From Sphyrna mokarran (taxonomy: Eukaryota), in assembly GCA_024679065.1 (NCBI GenBank), contig JAGIQG010000016.1:5467976-5520000 (forward strand): DNA of 52,025 nt, in the 5' to 3' direction. The notes below the pieces were generated by a model. The model saw only the letters and a program-made list of their open reading frames with translations. It ran no database searches and had not been told where the DNA came from. Below, piece after piece: positions 1-13,400 of this stretch. Position numbers and translations under genes: made by a program. The first letter of the stretch is position 1. Every line of letters starts with the position of its first letter.

Positions 1-240
1 TGCTTATCCAGGTGAGGAGAAATTTCTTCACCCAGAGGGGGGTGAATGTGTGGAATTCACTAACACAGAAGGTAGTTGAGGCCAAAATGTTGTGTGATTT
101 CAGGAAGAAATTAGATGTAGCTTTGGTGTTAAAGGGACTGAGGGATATGGGGAGGGGGGGGGTCAGGATATTGAATTAAATAATCAGCGAATGAAAGGCA
201 GGGCAGGCTCGAAGGGCTGAATGGCCTACTCCTCCTTCTA
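1..240 (+). mobile_element. CR1/HER1-like LINE 3' end
   Basis: Coding remnant resembling FFTQRVVNVWNSL, plus tail ggctcgaagggctgaatggcctactcct. Confidence 0.8.
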
Positions 241-1059
241 TCTATTTATTCCCTTCCAACTTCCTCATTTTTTTTCTGAATAATTGACAATTGCGTGAGT
301 GGATTTTATCCGGTGACTGTTGGTTGAACTCAGCAGAAAACACTGATATAGTCCTGTCTGGAGATTTGTGATTTCCTCAAATAACGATCATCACCGGCTT
401 CGGCAGACACAGTGTAAATAGCCAGCACTCGCCGATCACTACGAACTTAGAAAGCTGCTTATTCTTAATGATAGATCCCAGCCACTTCCCTGGAACCGAC
501 ACAGGTTCCCCAAACTTGATTTGTTTTGCTGTCAATCTTTCAAATGAATTTGGAACGCTGATCTCGCTTTTGCGTTGACCTGCTGTGAAAGCGGATATAA
601 GACATTCATTAACAACTCGACCGCTTCCTTAATCTCTATTATAGTCCACTGCGCAGATGTTCAAACTTGTCTCACATTTTCACCCCCCTGCCCACGAATT
701 ACTATATTTACCCACTGCCCATTTTCAGAGCAGTTTATTCGTAGGCCTTTCTCTGTCCTCTTCTAACTCCATGAGTAACTAAAGTTTTTTTAAAGTTTAT
801 TTATTAGTGTCCATAGATCCCGGAATGCAGGATGATCGGGGAACGTGGAATCTTTTCATTTATTAGCAGTGATACAGAGGAGAGAGATTATGCTGGAATT
901 GTATAAAATATTAGTTAGGCCACAAGATAAATGCTTTGTGCAGTTCTGGTTGCCTTGTCTCAGAAAGGAAACAGTTTGACTCAAAAGAAGATTTATGAGG
1001 ATGTTGCTACCCAGAGCTGGGAAATTGCAGCAATGAGGGAATGCTTGAAGTTGAAGTTT

Positions 1060-1355
1060 ATTTATTAGTGTCACAGGTAGGCTTACACTAACGCTGCAAT
1101 GAAGTTACTGTGAAAATCCCCGAGTTGCCACACTCTGGGGCCTGTTTGGGTTCACTGAGGGAAGAATTTAGCACGGCCAATGCACGTAACCAGCACGTCT
1201 TTCAGACTGGGGGAAGAAACCGGAGCACCCCAGAACACCCACACAGACATGGGGAGAACATGCAGACTCCACACGACAGCAACCCCAACGCCAGAATCAA
1301 ACCCAGGTCCCTATCATTGTGAAACAGCAGTGCCAGCCACAGTGCACAGTGCCAC
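1060..1355 (-). mobile_element. V-SINE, alternative-tail subfamily
   Basis: V core plus tail cagtaacttcattgcagcgttagtgtaagcctac..aataaataaactt. Confidence 0.8.
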
Positions 1356-1394
1356 CCTTTGTTGCTGTTATTTTTAACATGCTGTCACTTTTAA

Positions 1395-2082
1395 GAACGT
1401 AAGAAATCGGAGCAGGAGTCGGCCATCCAGCCCCTCGAGCCTACCCCGCCATTCAATAAGATCATGGCTGATCTGAAGTGGATCAGTTCCATTTTCCCGC
1501 TTTCTCCCCATAACCCTTAATTCCCCTATCAATCAGTAATCTATCTACCTGTGACTTAAATATATTCAACGAGGTAGCCTCCACCACTACAATGGGCAAA
1601 GAATTCCAGAGATTTATTACCCTCTCCGTGAAGAAGTTGCTCCTCAACTCTGTTTGAAACTGCCCCCTCCCCCTCTTAATCTGAGGCTGTGCCCTCCAGT
1701 TCTGGTTTCCTTTCTAAGTAGGAAGAATCTCTTTACTTCTACACTATTGAGCCCTTTCATTATCTTGTACGTCTGTATAAGATCCCCCCTCAGTCTTCTA
1801 CACTCCAATGAGTACAGGCCCAGTCTATTTAATCTCTCCTCATAAGCTAACCCCCTCATCTCCGGTATCAGCCTGGTGAACCTTCTCTGCACTCCCTCCA
1901 AGGCCAATATATCCTTCCGCAAATAAGGGGAGAAAAATTGCACGCAGTACTCCAGTTGCGGCCTCACCAGTGCCCTGTACAGTTGCAGCAAGATCTCCCT
2001 GCTTTTATATTCCATCCCCCTCGTGATAAAGGCCAATGTTCCACTCGCCTTCTTGATCACCTGCTGCACCTGCAGACTGAGT
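1395..2082 (-). mobile_element. CR1-clade LINE, 5'-truncated (ORF2 C-terminus and 3' UTR)
   Basis: ORF 1644-2069: LYRALVRPQLEYCVQF...LEGVQRRFTRLIP...RRLRGDLI. Confidence 0.92.
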
Positions 2083-2507
2083 TTTTTTAATAAGGTTAAC
2101 TTTGGTAAAGTTTCTTCTTATTTAACATTTGAGCACTTTGCATCGGTTGAACTAGCGAGGAAGGGGGTACAACAAAGAGGAACGGAATAACCTGTTTTTA
2201 ACTATCCCTTTCTTGTGATAACGGACAGCGAGAAAGTGGATTTTATAGATTTAATTCCAAATTGAAACTGCACTGGACTACACAGAATCCGAATCCAACT
2301 CTGTAACATACCACGGGCTGAAGTCAGAGAAAGTAATATTGCTGGGTTAGAAAGAACTGTGACGTTAATCAGAGCAATGAGAATGAACATCTTAAAATGC
2401 CAGCAATTTTACAGATTCTATATTAATGTCAGAAGTCAGCTTACATTAACAGTGCAGTGAAGCTACTGTAAAGTTTTCCGTTCTCCTTTCTCTCGAGTTA
2501 AACCGAT

Positions 2508-2820
2508 GGGGCACCACAGAGGCAGAGTGGTTAGCACTTCCGCCTCACGGTGCCAGAGACCTGGGTTCGTTTCCAAGCTTGGGTCACTGCCAGTGTAGAG
2601 TTTGTACATTCTCCCCATGTCTGCGTGGGTGTCATCCTGATGCTCCGGTTTCCTCCTACAGTCCAAAGATGTGTGGGCTCGGTGGATTGGCCATGCTAAA
2701 TTGCGCCTTAGCATCAGAGGGACAAGCTGGGAGAAATGCACGGGGTTATGGGGATAGGACCTGGACGGGATTGCGGTCAGTGCAGACTCAATAGCCTCCT
2801 TCTATCTCGAGGATTCTATG
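2508..2820 (+). mobile_element. HE1-like V-SINE (tRNA head, V core, CR1-type tail)
   Basis: Head agtggttagcac...gggttcg, core ttctccccatgtctgcgtgggt..ctccggtttcctcc, tail ggattctatg. Confidence 0.85.
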
Positions 2821-3089
2821 AAAATCCACACTCCGGTGCCTGTTCAGGTACCCTGAGGGAGAATTTAACACAGTCAATATACCGAACTAACCCATCTTTC
2901 AAACTGTGAGAGGAAAACGCCGCACTCAGAGGAATCCCATGCAGACAACATGCAGACACAGATAGTGAGTCAAGAATCAAACCTGGGTTCCTGGGACTGT
3001 GAGGCAGCAGTGCTAATCACTCCCCAATACACCACTGTGACTAGGTAGGGACAGGAAGGAGCCGTGACTTTGATAATTCAGTTACTTTT

Positions 3090-3430
3090 TTTCAATTAAT
3101 TCCTTGGACATGGGTATCGCGGGCTGGGCCAGCATTTATTGCCCATCCCTAGGTGCCCTTGTGGGCAGTTGAGAATCAATCACATTGCTCTGGAGTCACA
3201 TGTAGGCCAGACCGGGTAAAGATGACAGATTTCCTTCCCGAAAGGATATTAGTGAACCAGATGGCTATTTCTGACAATGGTTTCACTGTCATCAGTAGAT
3301 TCTTAATTCCTGATATTAATTTAGTGAATTCAAATTACACCGTCTGCCATGGTGGGATTTGAACGCGGGTCTCCAGAACATCAGATGAGTTTCTGGAATA
3401 ATAATCCAGTGATAATATTACAAGGCCATT
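3090..3430 (-). mobile_element. Second tRNA-SINE family (core ggaaggaaatctg..cctacatgtgactccag; Meta/SlmI-like, name uncertain); other copies ~13800-14220, 18625-18970, 24660-24800 (minus) and 34510-35010 (plus)
   Basis: The recurrent core and tail gggcaataaatgctggcccagcc are shared with LINE ends at 10370-10570, 41215-41560 and 50045-50330. Confidence 0.7.
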
Positions 3431-3564
3431 ATCACCCCACCTCCCCGCCCTGATGTTGGTTCCAATGCGGCTGAATATTGGGCCCAGCAGGCAACAGGCA
3501 ACCCAGGGGTCTCTGCATGATTAAGTCTGGCCCCAGTGACCAGTACTGACACTGTTTACAGGTT

Positions 3565-3916
3565 NNNNNNNNNNNNNNNNNNNNNNNNNNNNNNNNNNNN
3601 NNNNNNNNNNNNNNNNNNNNNNNNNNNNNNNNNNNNNNNNNNNNNNNNNNNNNNNNNNNNNNNNNNNNNNNNNNNNNNNNNNNNNNNNNNNNNNNNNNNN
3701 NNNNNNNNNNNNNNNNNNNNNNNNNNNNNNNNNNNNNNNNNNNNNNNNNNNNNNNNNNNNNNNNNNNNNNNNNNNNNNNNNNNNNNNNNNNNNNNNNNNN
3801 NNNNNNNNNNNNNNNNNNNNNNNNNNNNNNNNNNNNNNNNNNNNNNNNNNNNNNNNNNNNNNNNNNNNNNNNNNNNNNNNNNNNNNNNNNNNNNNNNNNN
3901 NNNNNNNNNNNNNNNN
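3565..3916. other. Assembly gap (may hide the leader exon of receptor A)
   Basis: Run of N. Confidence 1.
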
Positions 3917-4062
3917 TTAGCTAGGGGCTGCTGAGGTACTTCCTTACTGCTGAGACGTGTCTGCTTGGGATTTGAGCGTTTTGTTGGGAGTTGGATCCAG
4001 ATTAAGAATCAATCAGCTCCCAGTGTATTTCCTAACGGTGTCAATGCTTGTTGTTTGTGCAG

Positions 4063-4404
4063 TTACAGCCGGGAACCAGGTTACAGGTCTGACCCTCACT
4101 GCGTTTGCTGGGGCGGAGGTGACACTCCTATGTCAGGCAACAGGAAAGAACAACACAAGATTGGTACAAATTGCCTGGAAGAAAGATGCTGAAAATATTT
4201 CCTTCATTAGATATCACCATAAGTTTGGGATCAACAATTCAAATCCACATTATTCCAGTCGGACAGTTTTCAGGAACAATTCCCAATTGGATGGATCCAT
4301 TTTATTAAAGTCTTTGCAGATGCAGGATGAGGGAATGTATAAGTGCGAGCTCACTTTATTCCCTGAGGGAAATCATGAAAAAACAATGAATTTGACAATT
4401 GTAG
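4063..4404 (+). CDS. Receptor A exon: V-set Ig domain (nectin-type)
   Basis: Acceptor ctaac...tgtttgtgcag| (alternative in-phase AG at 4067-4068), donor gtag|gtatgt. Encodes EVTLLC...VQIAW...YHHKFG...DGSILLKSLQMQDEGMYKCELTLFPEG...NLTIV, which has the Ig V C/W/DxGxYxC pattern and nectin-like xFPxG. Confidence 0.93.
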
Positions 4405-7400
4405 GTATGTATTTTCCCAGGAGCGTTGTTGCTGTGTGTGGGGGGTTTAAGTGTAATAAAAGAGGGCAGGAAACGGGGACAATGTATTGGACTGTGCGTC
4501 CTGGTGAAAACCTAATGGTTGATATTTTATGCCTGAGGTTTCGCTCGCCCAAGGCCAACAGGGAATGCTGCCCTGCCAGCCTGGCCTGCCCCAGAATAGG
4601 GTGGGCAAGGCAGCAAAATTCCGGCAATTATCTCTGCAATCATCATCGGAATATTGCTGCGTCGTTCTAATGTTTGAATCTGGTTCACATTCCGGCTCAT
4701 CTTGTTATTTTCGGGTTATTAATGGTAAGTGCTTGCTGAGCAGTTGGGAATGGGAGTTGAGAGGGTTATTTTAAAATGGATTGCATCATATTTTGTTCCT
4801 GTAGCAGGAACCCTGTGGTGGACTGTTCTGAGCAATAAATCTCTGGCAATCTCTAACTAACAGAGAGGTGAGGGAAATCCGCAGAGCTGGAGAATTTTGG
4901 GAGACTCCTCGGCACTTAGTCCATGTTACTTTCCAAATCGCTTCACTCGCTCTGTCAAAGGTCTTCCCCTGTCTTCTTCAAACTAATGCAGCTCTGTGAC
5001 ACTCAATCCATCCCTAATTCATTTGTTTCCATAGCCCTGCCTTGCCTTAGATTCATTACTCTGGATTCATTACAGTCCTTTAGCCTGTAGATCATCCTAG
5101 TGTCCTGGTCTGATGTGTGATAGAATCCCTATGGGCAGAAGGAGGCCATTCGTCCCATCGAGTCTGCACCGACAACAATCCCACCCCAGGCCCTATCCCC
5201 ACAAACCGAAGGGCCTGTTTCCCGTGCTGTTTTGTTCTTTGTTCTAAACCCGCACGTTTATCTCACTGATCCTTCTAAATACACAACTCAGGAGACTAAA
5301 GGGCAATTTGGCGTGGTCAATCCATCTGACCTGCACATCTTTGGATTGTGGGAGGAAACCGGAGCAACTGGAAGATACACATCCAGACACGGGGAGAATG
5401 TGCAGACTCCGCACTGACAGTGACCCAAGCCAACAATCGAATCAGTGTCCCTGGTGCTAGGAGATGGCAGTGCTAATCACTGTGCCATTGTGCTGCCCAT
5501 GTCACCTGCCCCTTGCCCACAGCATGGCACCAAAGTTTTTATTTCAGACTAGGACCCAGATCACACCTCCCAGTGTCACAGGCCCACACTACATGTCCCT
5601 TTGCTGCTAACTAGATTAAGTTTCCAACATCGAGACATCTCAGTCTAGACTCTGAAATCGAAATACCATTGCTGCACAGCTCCCTCCCAACACCTATCGA
5701 TGGTTTCAGAAACCCAGCCACACTTTTAATCCACCTCTAGAAACCACGTTGCTCCGAATATTTTCCTCGGTCCTGAAGCACACTCTCCATAGGAAGCATT
5801 CTGCCCAGCAATGGCAAAGCTTGTACGGCTCCTGTTCAGCCCACAGCAAAGGGTCATGGACGAAGCCCAGTCCATCGGGCAAACCGGCCTCCCACCCGTT
5901 GACTCCGTCCACACTTCCCGCAGCCTCGGAAAAGCAGCCAGTATAACCAAAGACCCCTTGCACCCCGAACATACTCTCTTCCGTCGGGAAAAAGGTGCAA
6001 AATCAGAGAAACCCTACAGTGCAGAAGGAGGCCCTTTGGCCCGTTATTGTCTGGCGGTCCAGTTAAGGTAAATGCATGAGGTCATGGGAATAGGGCCTGG
6101 GTGGGGTTGTGGTCGGTGCAGACTCAATGGGCTGAATGGCTTCATTCTGTATTGTAGGGATTCTATGAATGACTGCCATTGCTGGTCAGCCAACGTTTCT
6201 GATTCTCTCCTTTCCCAGTCCATTCCAGTCAGCTCTGTCCACCTTTCTTTGTAATTACACTTCCTGAAGTTTGGCATAGTTGTTTTTGCCCCAAGATCTT
6301 CATCCTCAAACTGAATTCTTCCACGTTATGGTCACTCTTTCCTCTGGGACCCTTTACTCTGAGACTGTTAATGAAACCAGCCTCATTGCACATTACCAGA
6401 TCCCAAACCACCCCTGGGGGTTGCATCCAACACATAAGTGTACTAGGAAACTGTCCCCAATACATTAGCCAGAATTCTCCAGCTGTTCATGTTGATGGGA
6501 TTTTCCAGTCCTGCTGGCAGCACACACACCCCACCCGGTGATTTCCTGTTGGCGTGGGATGATATTAATGTGAATTCCCATTGATGATAGAGAATCCTAC
6601 CGTTAACAAACAACACGGTACCTCCCAGTGGCGGGAAACATGTAGCTCAGAAGCCAGAGAGTCTCTCCTTTTGCATATTTTCTTCCCCACGGCTGCCTCT
6701 GCCAATTAGAGTTTTGCAATTCCCATGAAAATTAAAGTCAGCCACGATTAATGTACATATTTTTTCCATGCCCTCGTTATCTCCTGATTTATTCTCTGCC
6801 CTACCATATTCACTACTATTAGGGGACCTTGTAGACTACTCCCCCCAGCATCTTCTTCCCCTTGTTACTTCTTACCTCCACCCATTCTACACCTTCCAAA
6901 ACCAAGATCCTTTCTTGCTCTCGTACTTACTCCATCTGATACTAACAAAGTGATCCCATTGCTCTTTCCTTCCTGCCTATCATTATGGAGTGTCTTCTAT
7001 CACATTGCTCCCAGCTTTCTCTCCTTGTAACCATGTCTCTATAATGACTCTAAGATCATACCCGTCTCCCTCAATTTCAGTGTTAATTAAGTTAATTTGT
7101 GCTGAAAAATGCCCATATTTATCAAAAGAGCCACTAACTCACGTTTCTGCTCCAGACTAGTTACAAACTGCCGATATGTTTGAAACTGACTTTGAATCCT
7201 CAGGGAGCTGCAGAGACTGGGTCATTGAGTGTGTTCAAGGGTACGATTGACAGATTTTAATCAGTAAGGGTAAAGGATGTTTCCAAATCGAAAACAATCA
7301 CATTACTTATTATATTCCTTCTTATTTCTTAGGTTTTCCAATGTCTTCTTCCTTCTCTTCTCATTTTCCCACTTTGTCTCTCTCTCTTCCGATAACCTAT

Positions 7401-10400
7401 CCACCACACCATTGGGTTATTTGACATTGGGGACATTGATATATTGATCTGTTTCATGTCTCTGTTTTATATTAATGACAAGATTATTGAAACTGGCACT
7501 GAATCGATTTCTTGTTAATCTCCCCCAAGTAAAGCCCAACAACACGGCGGTGACAATTCCCACAACAGTTGGCCTTTCAGAAGTACCTGTGGCAAAATGT
7601 GTTTCAGCTGAAGGGAACCCTCCAGCCGGGATCAGGTGGATTTCCAATCTCCGTGGAAACTATACAACAACGCAGGTTAAAAGCGACAGTGGAACAACAA
7701 CTGTCACCAGCCTGTATAAGATGGTACCCACTCGTTCCACTAATGGTCAAGAAGTGACTTGTGTTGTCTCCCATCCAGCATCGCGTGGCAACATTATATT
7801 CACAAGGAAACTATCCATCCTCTGTAAGTCCCCTGTACAAATATATTTTGTAAAAATATGCAAAATGAAAAAGAGTGGCAAAAGTAAACATTTGTCCTTT
7901 GGAGGACGAGAAGGAGGATGTAATAACTGGAAATGGGAAAATGGCTGAGGCATTAAACAGGTATTTTGTGCCAGTCTTCACAGTGGAAGAGACAAATAAC
8001 ATGCCAAAAATTGATAACAAGAAGGCCATGGCAGGTAAAAACTATCATTATCCCAAAAGAGGTAGTGTTGGGCAAGCTAATGGGGCTAAAGATAGACAAA
8101 GTCTCCTGGTCCAGATGGAAGGCAACCCAGGGTACTAAAAGAGATGGTGGGGGACATAGCAAATGCACTGGTGATAATTTACTGAAATTCGCTGGACTCT
8201 GGTGTGCTTTCCATAGATTGGAAAACAGTAAATCTGACGCCTCCATTTAAAAAAGGAGATAGACAAAAGGCAGGTAACTATAGACTGGTTAGCTTAACTT
8301 CTGTAGTGGGGAAAATGCTTGAATCTATCATCAAGGAGCAAATAGCAAGACATCTGGATATAAATTGTCCCATTGGTAAGATGCAGCATAGATTCAGAAA
8401 GGACAGGTTATGTTTGACTAATTTGGCGGAATGCTTTGAGAACATTACATGTGCAAAGGACAATGGGGAACCTGTGGATGTGGTGTATCTGGATTTGCAG
8501 AAAGCATTTGACAAGGTGCTGTACCAAAGGCTGGTACCTAAGATAAAAGTGTATTGTGTTTCGGGTAATAGCATGGTTAGAAGATTGGTTAACTAACAGA
8601 AAGCAAAGAGTGGGAGTAAATGGGTGTTTTTCTGGTTGTTGATCAGTGACTAGTGATGTGCCTCAGGGATCAGTATTGGGACTGCAGTTTTTTACGATTT
8701 ACGCAGATGATTTGGAGTTGAGGACCAAGCGTAGTGTGTCAAAATTCACAGATAACACTAAGATGAGAGGCAGAGCAAAGTGTGCAGAGGACGATGAAAG
8801 GGATAAAGATAGATTAAGCGAGTGGGCAAGGGTCTGGCAGATGGAGTACAATGTTGGTAAATGTAAGGTCATTCCTTTTGGTAGGAATAACAGCAAAATG
8901 GACTATTATTTAAATGGTAAAAAATCGCAGCATGCTGCTGTGCAGAGGGACCTGGGTGTCCTAATGCAAGAATCTCAAGGAGTTGGTTTGCAGGCGTAGC
9001 AGGTAATTAAGAAGGCAAATGGAATTTTTTCCTTCATTGCTAGAGGGATGGAGTTTAAAAACAGCGAGGTTAGGTTTAGCTGTATAAGGTGCTGCTGAGG
9101 CCACACCTGGAGAACTGTGTACAGTTTTGGTCTCCTTATTTGAGAAAGCATATACTGGCACTGGAGGGGGCGCAGAGGAGATTTAATGGGTTGATTCCAG
9201 AGTTGAGAGGGTTGGCTTATGAGGAGAGACCGAGTAGGTTGGGCTATACTCATTGTAATTTAGACAAATGAGGGGAGATTCTATAAAAATGTAGAAGATT
9301 ATGAAGGGAATAGTTAAGATAGAAACTGGGAAGTTGTTTCCACTGACAGGTAAAACTAGAACTAGCGGACATGGCATCAAAATAAAGGGGAGCAGATTTA
9401 GGACTGAGTTGAGGAGGAACTTCTTCACACAAAGGGTTGTGAATCTGTGGAATTCCCTGCCCAGTTGAGGCGGCCTCATTGAATGTTTTTAAGGCAAAGA
9501 TAGATACATTCTTGAACAGTAAAAGAATTAAGGGTTATGGTGAGCGGGCGGGTAAGTGGAGCTGAGTTCACAAAACGATCAGCCATGATCTTATTGAATG
9601 GCGGGGCAGGTTCAAGGGTCAAATAGTCAAATAGTTCTAATCCAATTAGAGATATACGATAGCAAACTCTTGCTCAATTGGAGTAGGATTAAATTTATCT
9701 CACTGAGTTTCTGGGTATCTGCAATGACAGAGTTTCTGGGAGGTTTGGAACAAGTTTGATTTCACCACGCATCTATCTGCAAACCCCAACTGAATATATT
9801 AAATATGTCAAAGACTAACATATTGTTCCAGAGCACATTGTCTGGTCAACATGCCGTTACTAAATCACTCTTTTTCAGAAATTCGCGGTTATTCTAGTTT
9901 TGGCCAATTTGGTCCCACAATTTGGTGCACAATTGCTACATCAATGCAGCTGGTTGTTGTAGTGCAGATTGGACATTATCCAAGAATCGTAGAATCCGTA
10001 CAGCCCAGAAAGTGGCCATTCTGTCCATCGAACTGCGCTGAGAATGATCCCACCAAGGCCCCATCCCCTCAACCCTATATATTTACCCTGCTATTCTCCC
10101 TGATACTGAGGCCAGAATTTTACTAGCATGCCAGCCCCGATTTGGGGGCTCAGAGACCAGCCATTCTCTCTTGCCCTCGGCAGGGATTGTACGAACCTTG
10201 GGCAGACGTGCTGGTAAAATCCCTCCCAGAGTGTCAATATAGCACGGGCCAATCCACCGAACCGGCACATCCTGGGAGTGTGGGAAGAAAATGGAGCACT
10301 GGGAGGGAGGGGGGAGGTGGGGGATGTTGGTGCGTGAGACTTCAGTTGTCAGAACAAGTTTTTAAAAATGTATTTATGAAATGTGGGCGGATCACCCATC

Positions 10401-13400
10401 CTAATTACCCCTTGAGAAGATGGCAGTGAGCTGCCTTCTTGAACTGCTGAAGTCTCTGAGGTATTGGTACACCCACAGTGCTATTGAGGACGGAGATTTT
10501 GACCCAGCAACAGTGAAGGGATATATTTACCAGTCAGGATGAGAAGTTACTTGGAGGGGAGCCTCCAGTTTTTTTAAGTACTCCAGCCTTTTAAGAAGGC
10601 ATATGGAGTCTTAGCTTTTATTGGTAGGGGGATTGAATTTCGGAGCCGCAACGTCATGTTGCAACTGTACAAAACTCTCGTGCGGCCGCACTTGGAGTAT
10701 TGTGTGCAGTTCTGGTCCCCACATTATAAGAAAGATGTGGAGGCATTGGAGAGGGTACAGAGGAGGTTTACCAGGATGTTGCCTGGTATGGAGGGCAGGT
10801 CTTATGAAGAGAGGCTGAGGGATTTGAGGTTGTTTTCGTTAGAAAGGAGGCGGCTAAGAGGAGACCTTATTGAAACATATAAGATGATTAGAGGTTTAGA
10901 TAGGGTGGACAGTGATAGCCTTTTTCCTAGGATGGAGAAAGCTAGCACGAGGGGACACAGCTTTAAATTAAGGGGTGATAGTTATAGGACGGATATCAGA
11001 GGTAGGTTCTTTACCCAAAGGGTGGTTCGGGAGTGGAATGCCCTGCCTGCAGCAGTTGTAGATGCGCCAAGTTTGGTGGCGTTTAAGAGGTTAGTTGATA
11101 AGTATATGGAAGAGAAGGGAATGGTTTAGTTTGGAGGGGCATTGCTTTTTATATTGGTCGGCGCAACATCAAAGGCCGAAGGGCCTGTTCTGTGCTGTAA
11201 TGTTCTATGTTCTATGTTCTAGTTGGTGTTCTTTCCCAAATTTCTGCTGCCCACTCCCCCCAATGCGGTAATCACACATTCCAGGGGATGTGTTAAACTA
11301 TACATGCTTTCTAGAATCAGACAAACCCTATAGGAGGTCATTCAGCCCATCGAACCTGCACGGGTCACAATCGCATGCAGACCCAATCCCCCGTCACCTC
11401 ACGTGTTTGCCCTGTTAATCCCCCCTGACACCGGGGGACAACTCAGCATGGCCAATCCACCTAATCCGTGCATCCTTGAAGTGTGAGAGGGAACTGGAGC
11501 ATCCAGGGTAAACCCACGCAGACACGGGGAGAACGTGTAAACTCCACACAAACTGTGCAGGGTTATTTACTGGCGTCACAAATGGGCTTATGTTAACATC
11601 GCAAAGGAGTCACCGTGAAAATCCCCGACTCTGCCGCCTGCTTGGGTACGCTGAGGGAGAGTTTAGCATGTCCAATACACCTAGCCAGCACGTCTTTCGG
11701 ATTGTGGGAGGAATCCGGGGTACCCGGAGGAAACCCACACAGACACGGGGAGAATGTGCGAACTCCACACAGAGAGTGACCCGAGAGCAGAATCGAACCT
11801 GGGTCCCTGGCACTGTGAGGCGGCCGTACTAACCCCTGCACCACCATGCCATCTTCTGAGTTCTCCCACATGCTTGTGGTTCATTCAACTTCGAAAGAAA
11901 TCACTTTTTGATATTTTAAGATTGCATAGTTCATCCGGGTGCTCCAGTTTCCTCCCACAGTGCAAAGATGTGCAAGTAAGAAGGATTGGTTAAATTGCCC
12001 CTTAGTGGGACGAGTGGAGTAAATCTGTGGAGTTATGGGGATAAGCCCTGTGTGTGATTGTTGTCAGTGCAAGCTCGATGGGACGAATGGCTTCCTCCTG
12101 CACTGTATGATTCTGCGTTTCTATTGTTAGTTGAGTTTCCTGTTGCTGTGACCACTTTGACACAAATACAACATTGCATTCTTTACTATATGGAGCACTG
12201 ACCACATGAACACAATGATTTCCCCCATAGATCCACCGATAGTGACCATAACACATGAACATGGCAGCAGGAGTATCAACCTCAAATGTGTCGCGGAAGC
12301 CAATCCTCCAGCAACAACCTATTCTTGGCAAGGGTAAATATGTGCTGAATTTATTGAGAATTTCATTGTGTACACTTCCTACCCTGTGGAGATAATGGAT
12401 GGTTCAGAATTGTGATGAGCCTATACACTGCGAAAACAGGTCTATCCCGGCAACTTCTCTCTACGTGTCGTTGTTTCCAGGGCAACATTGTTAAAAATGT
12501 GTTAGGCACACGCGGGAGGCGGAGCTGAATCTTGACTGGGTTGTATGTTCAATGAGAAACCGTGAACTGAGAATCTGGATCCCATGACCAGGTGGATATA
12601 GAGAAGAGTGAGGTCATTTCCTAAACTCATCATCATCTCGGAGCTGCACCTTCAACTCCAGAAACGCCAACTAGATTAAGCGAAAAAACAAATGTAAATA
12701 GAAGTTTGGGTCTCATTATGTGGGCTGTTTGAAAAAAAATGCAACAATCTGAGGTGCCACTTTCAGCCCAGTGAAATGTCACAACCACAAAACACAACCA
12801 AACTCAAAAATAAATTCTTATCTCAGGGTTTATCTGTCCTTTGGCCCCTTAACCGCTTGGTGAGCAGAACCAACATGAATTATTGCTGGTCTAAATGAAC
12901 CATCCCCTCTCCCTCTCACCACAGGGCCATCTGTCACTTTTAGCTTTACTTTCAACAAGCACTGGCCTCTTGTCACATGTTCTGCTATCTTTGTCACTAC
13001 TCACACCTTCTTTAGTCCTTCATGGCACCATTAACACCCACTTTGCCTTGTGCCCATTACATCTTTCAGTAACTCCAACCTATCCCGATTCTGGGGCACA
13101 TTCTCTCACAGTATAATCCAGCACCCCTCGTCAGCTCAGAGGAGACTCACAGAGTCGCGAGATGTTAACTCTGCTTCTCTCTCCACAGACGCTGCTGAGT
13201 TTATCCAGCATTTTCTGTTCTTTATATGAAGAACCAGCATTAAGAATGAATGTGTTCTGCAGGTCAAGGCAGCGGAGAAGGAGAAGGGGAGGATATCCTT
13301 TTGTGTGAGATTGGCATGCCGGCAATACTTCTGAATAAGATGATAGGGTAAACTAATGTGTATTGGAGTTTAATATCGGTCTAAATGTGCCCACGATACA

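Noticed and set aside
3957-4062. N-terminal part of ORF 3957-4670 (VYFLTVSMLVVCA) as a signal peptide
   Set aside because: No suitable in-frame ATG (stop at 3951, ORF opens on GTG). The stretch is a branch point plus T-rich acceptor.
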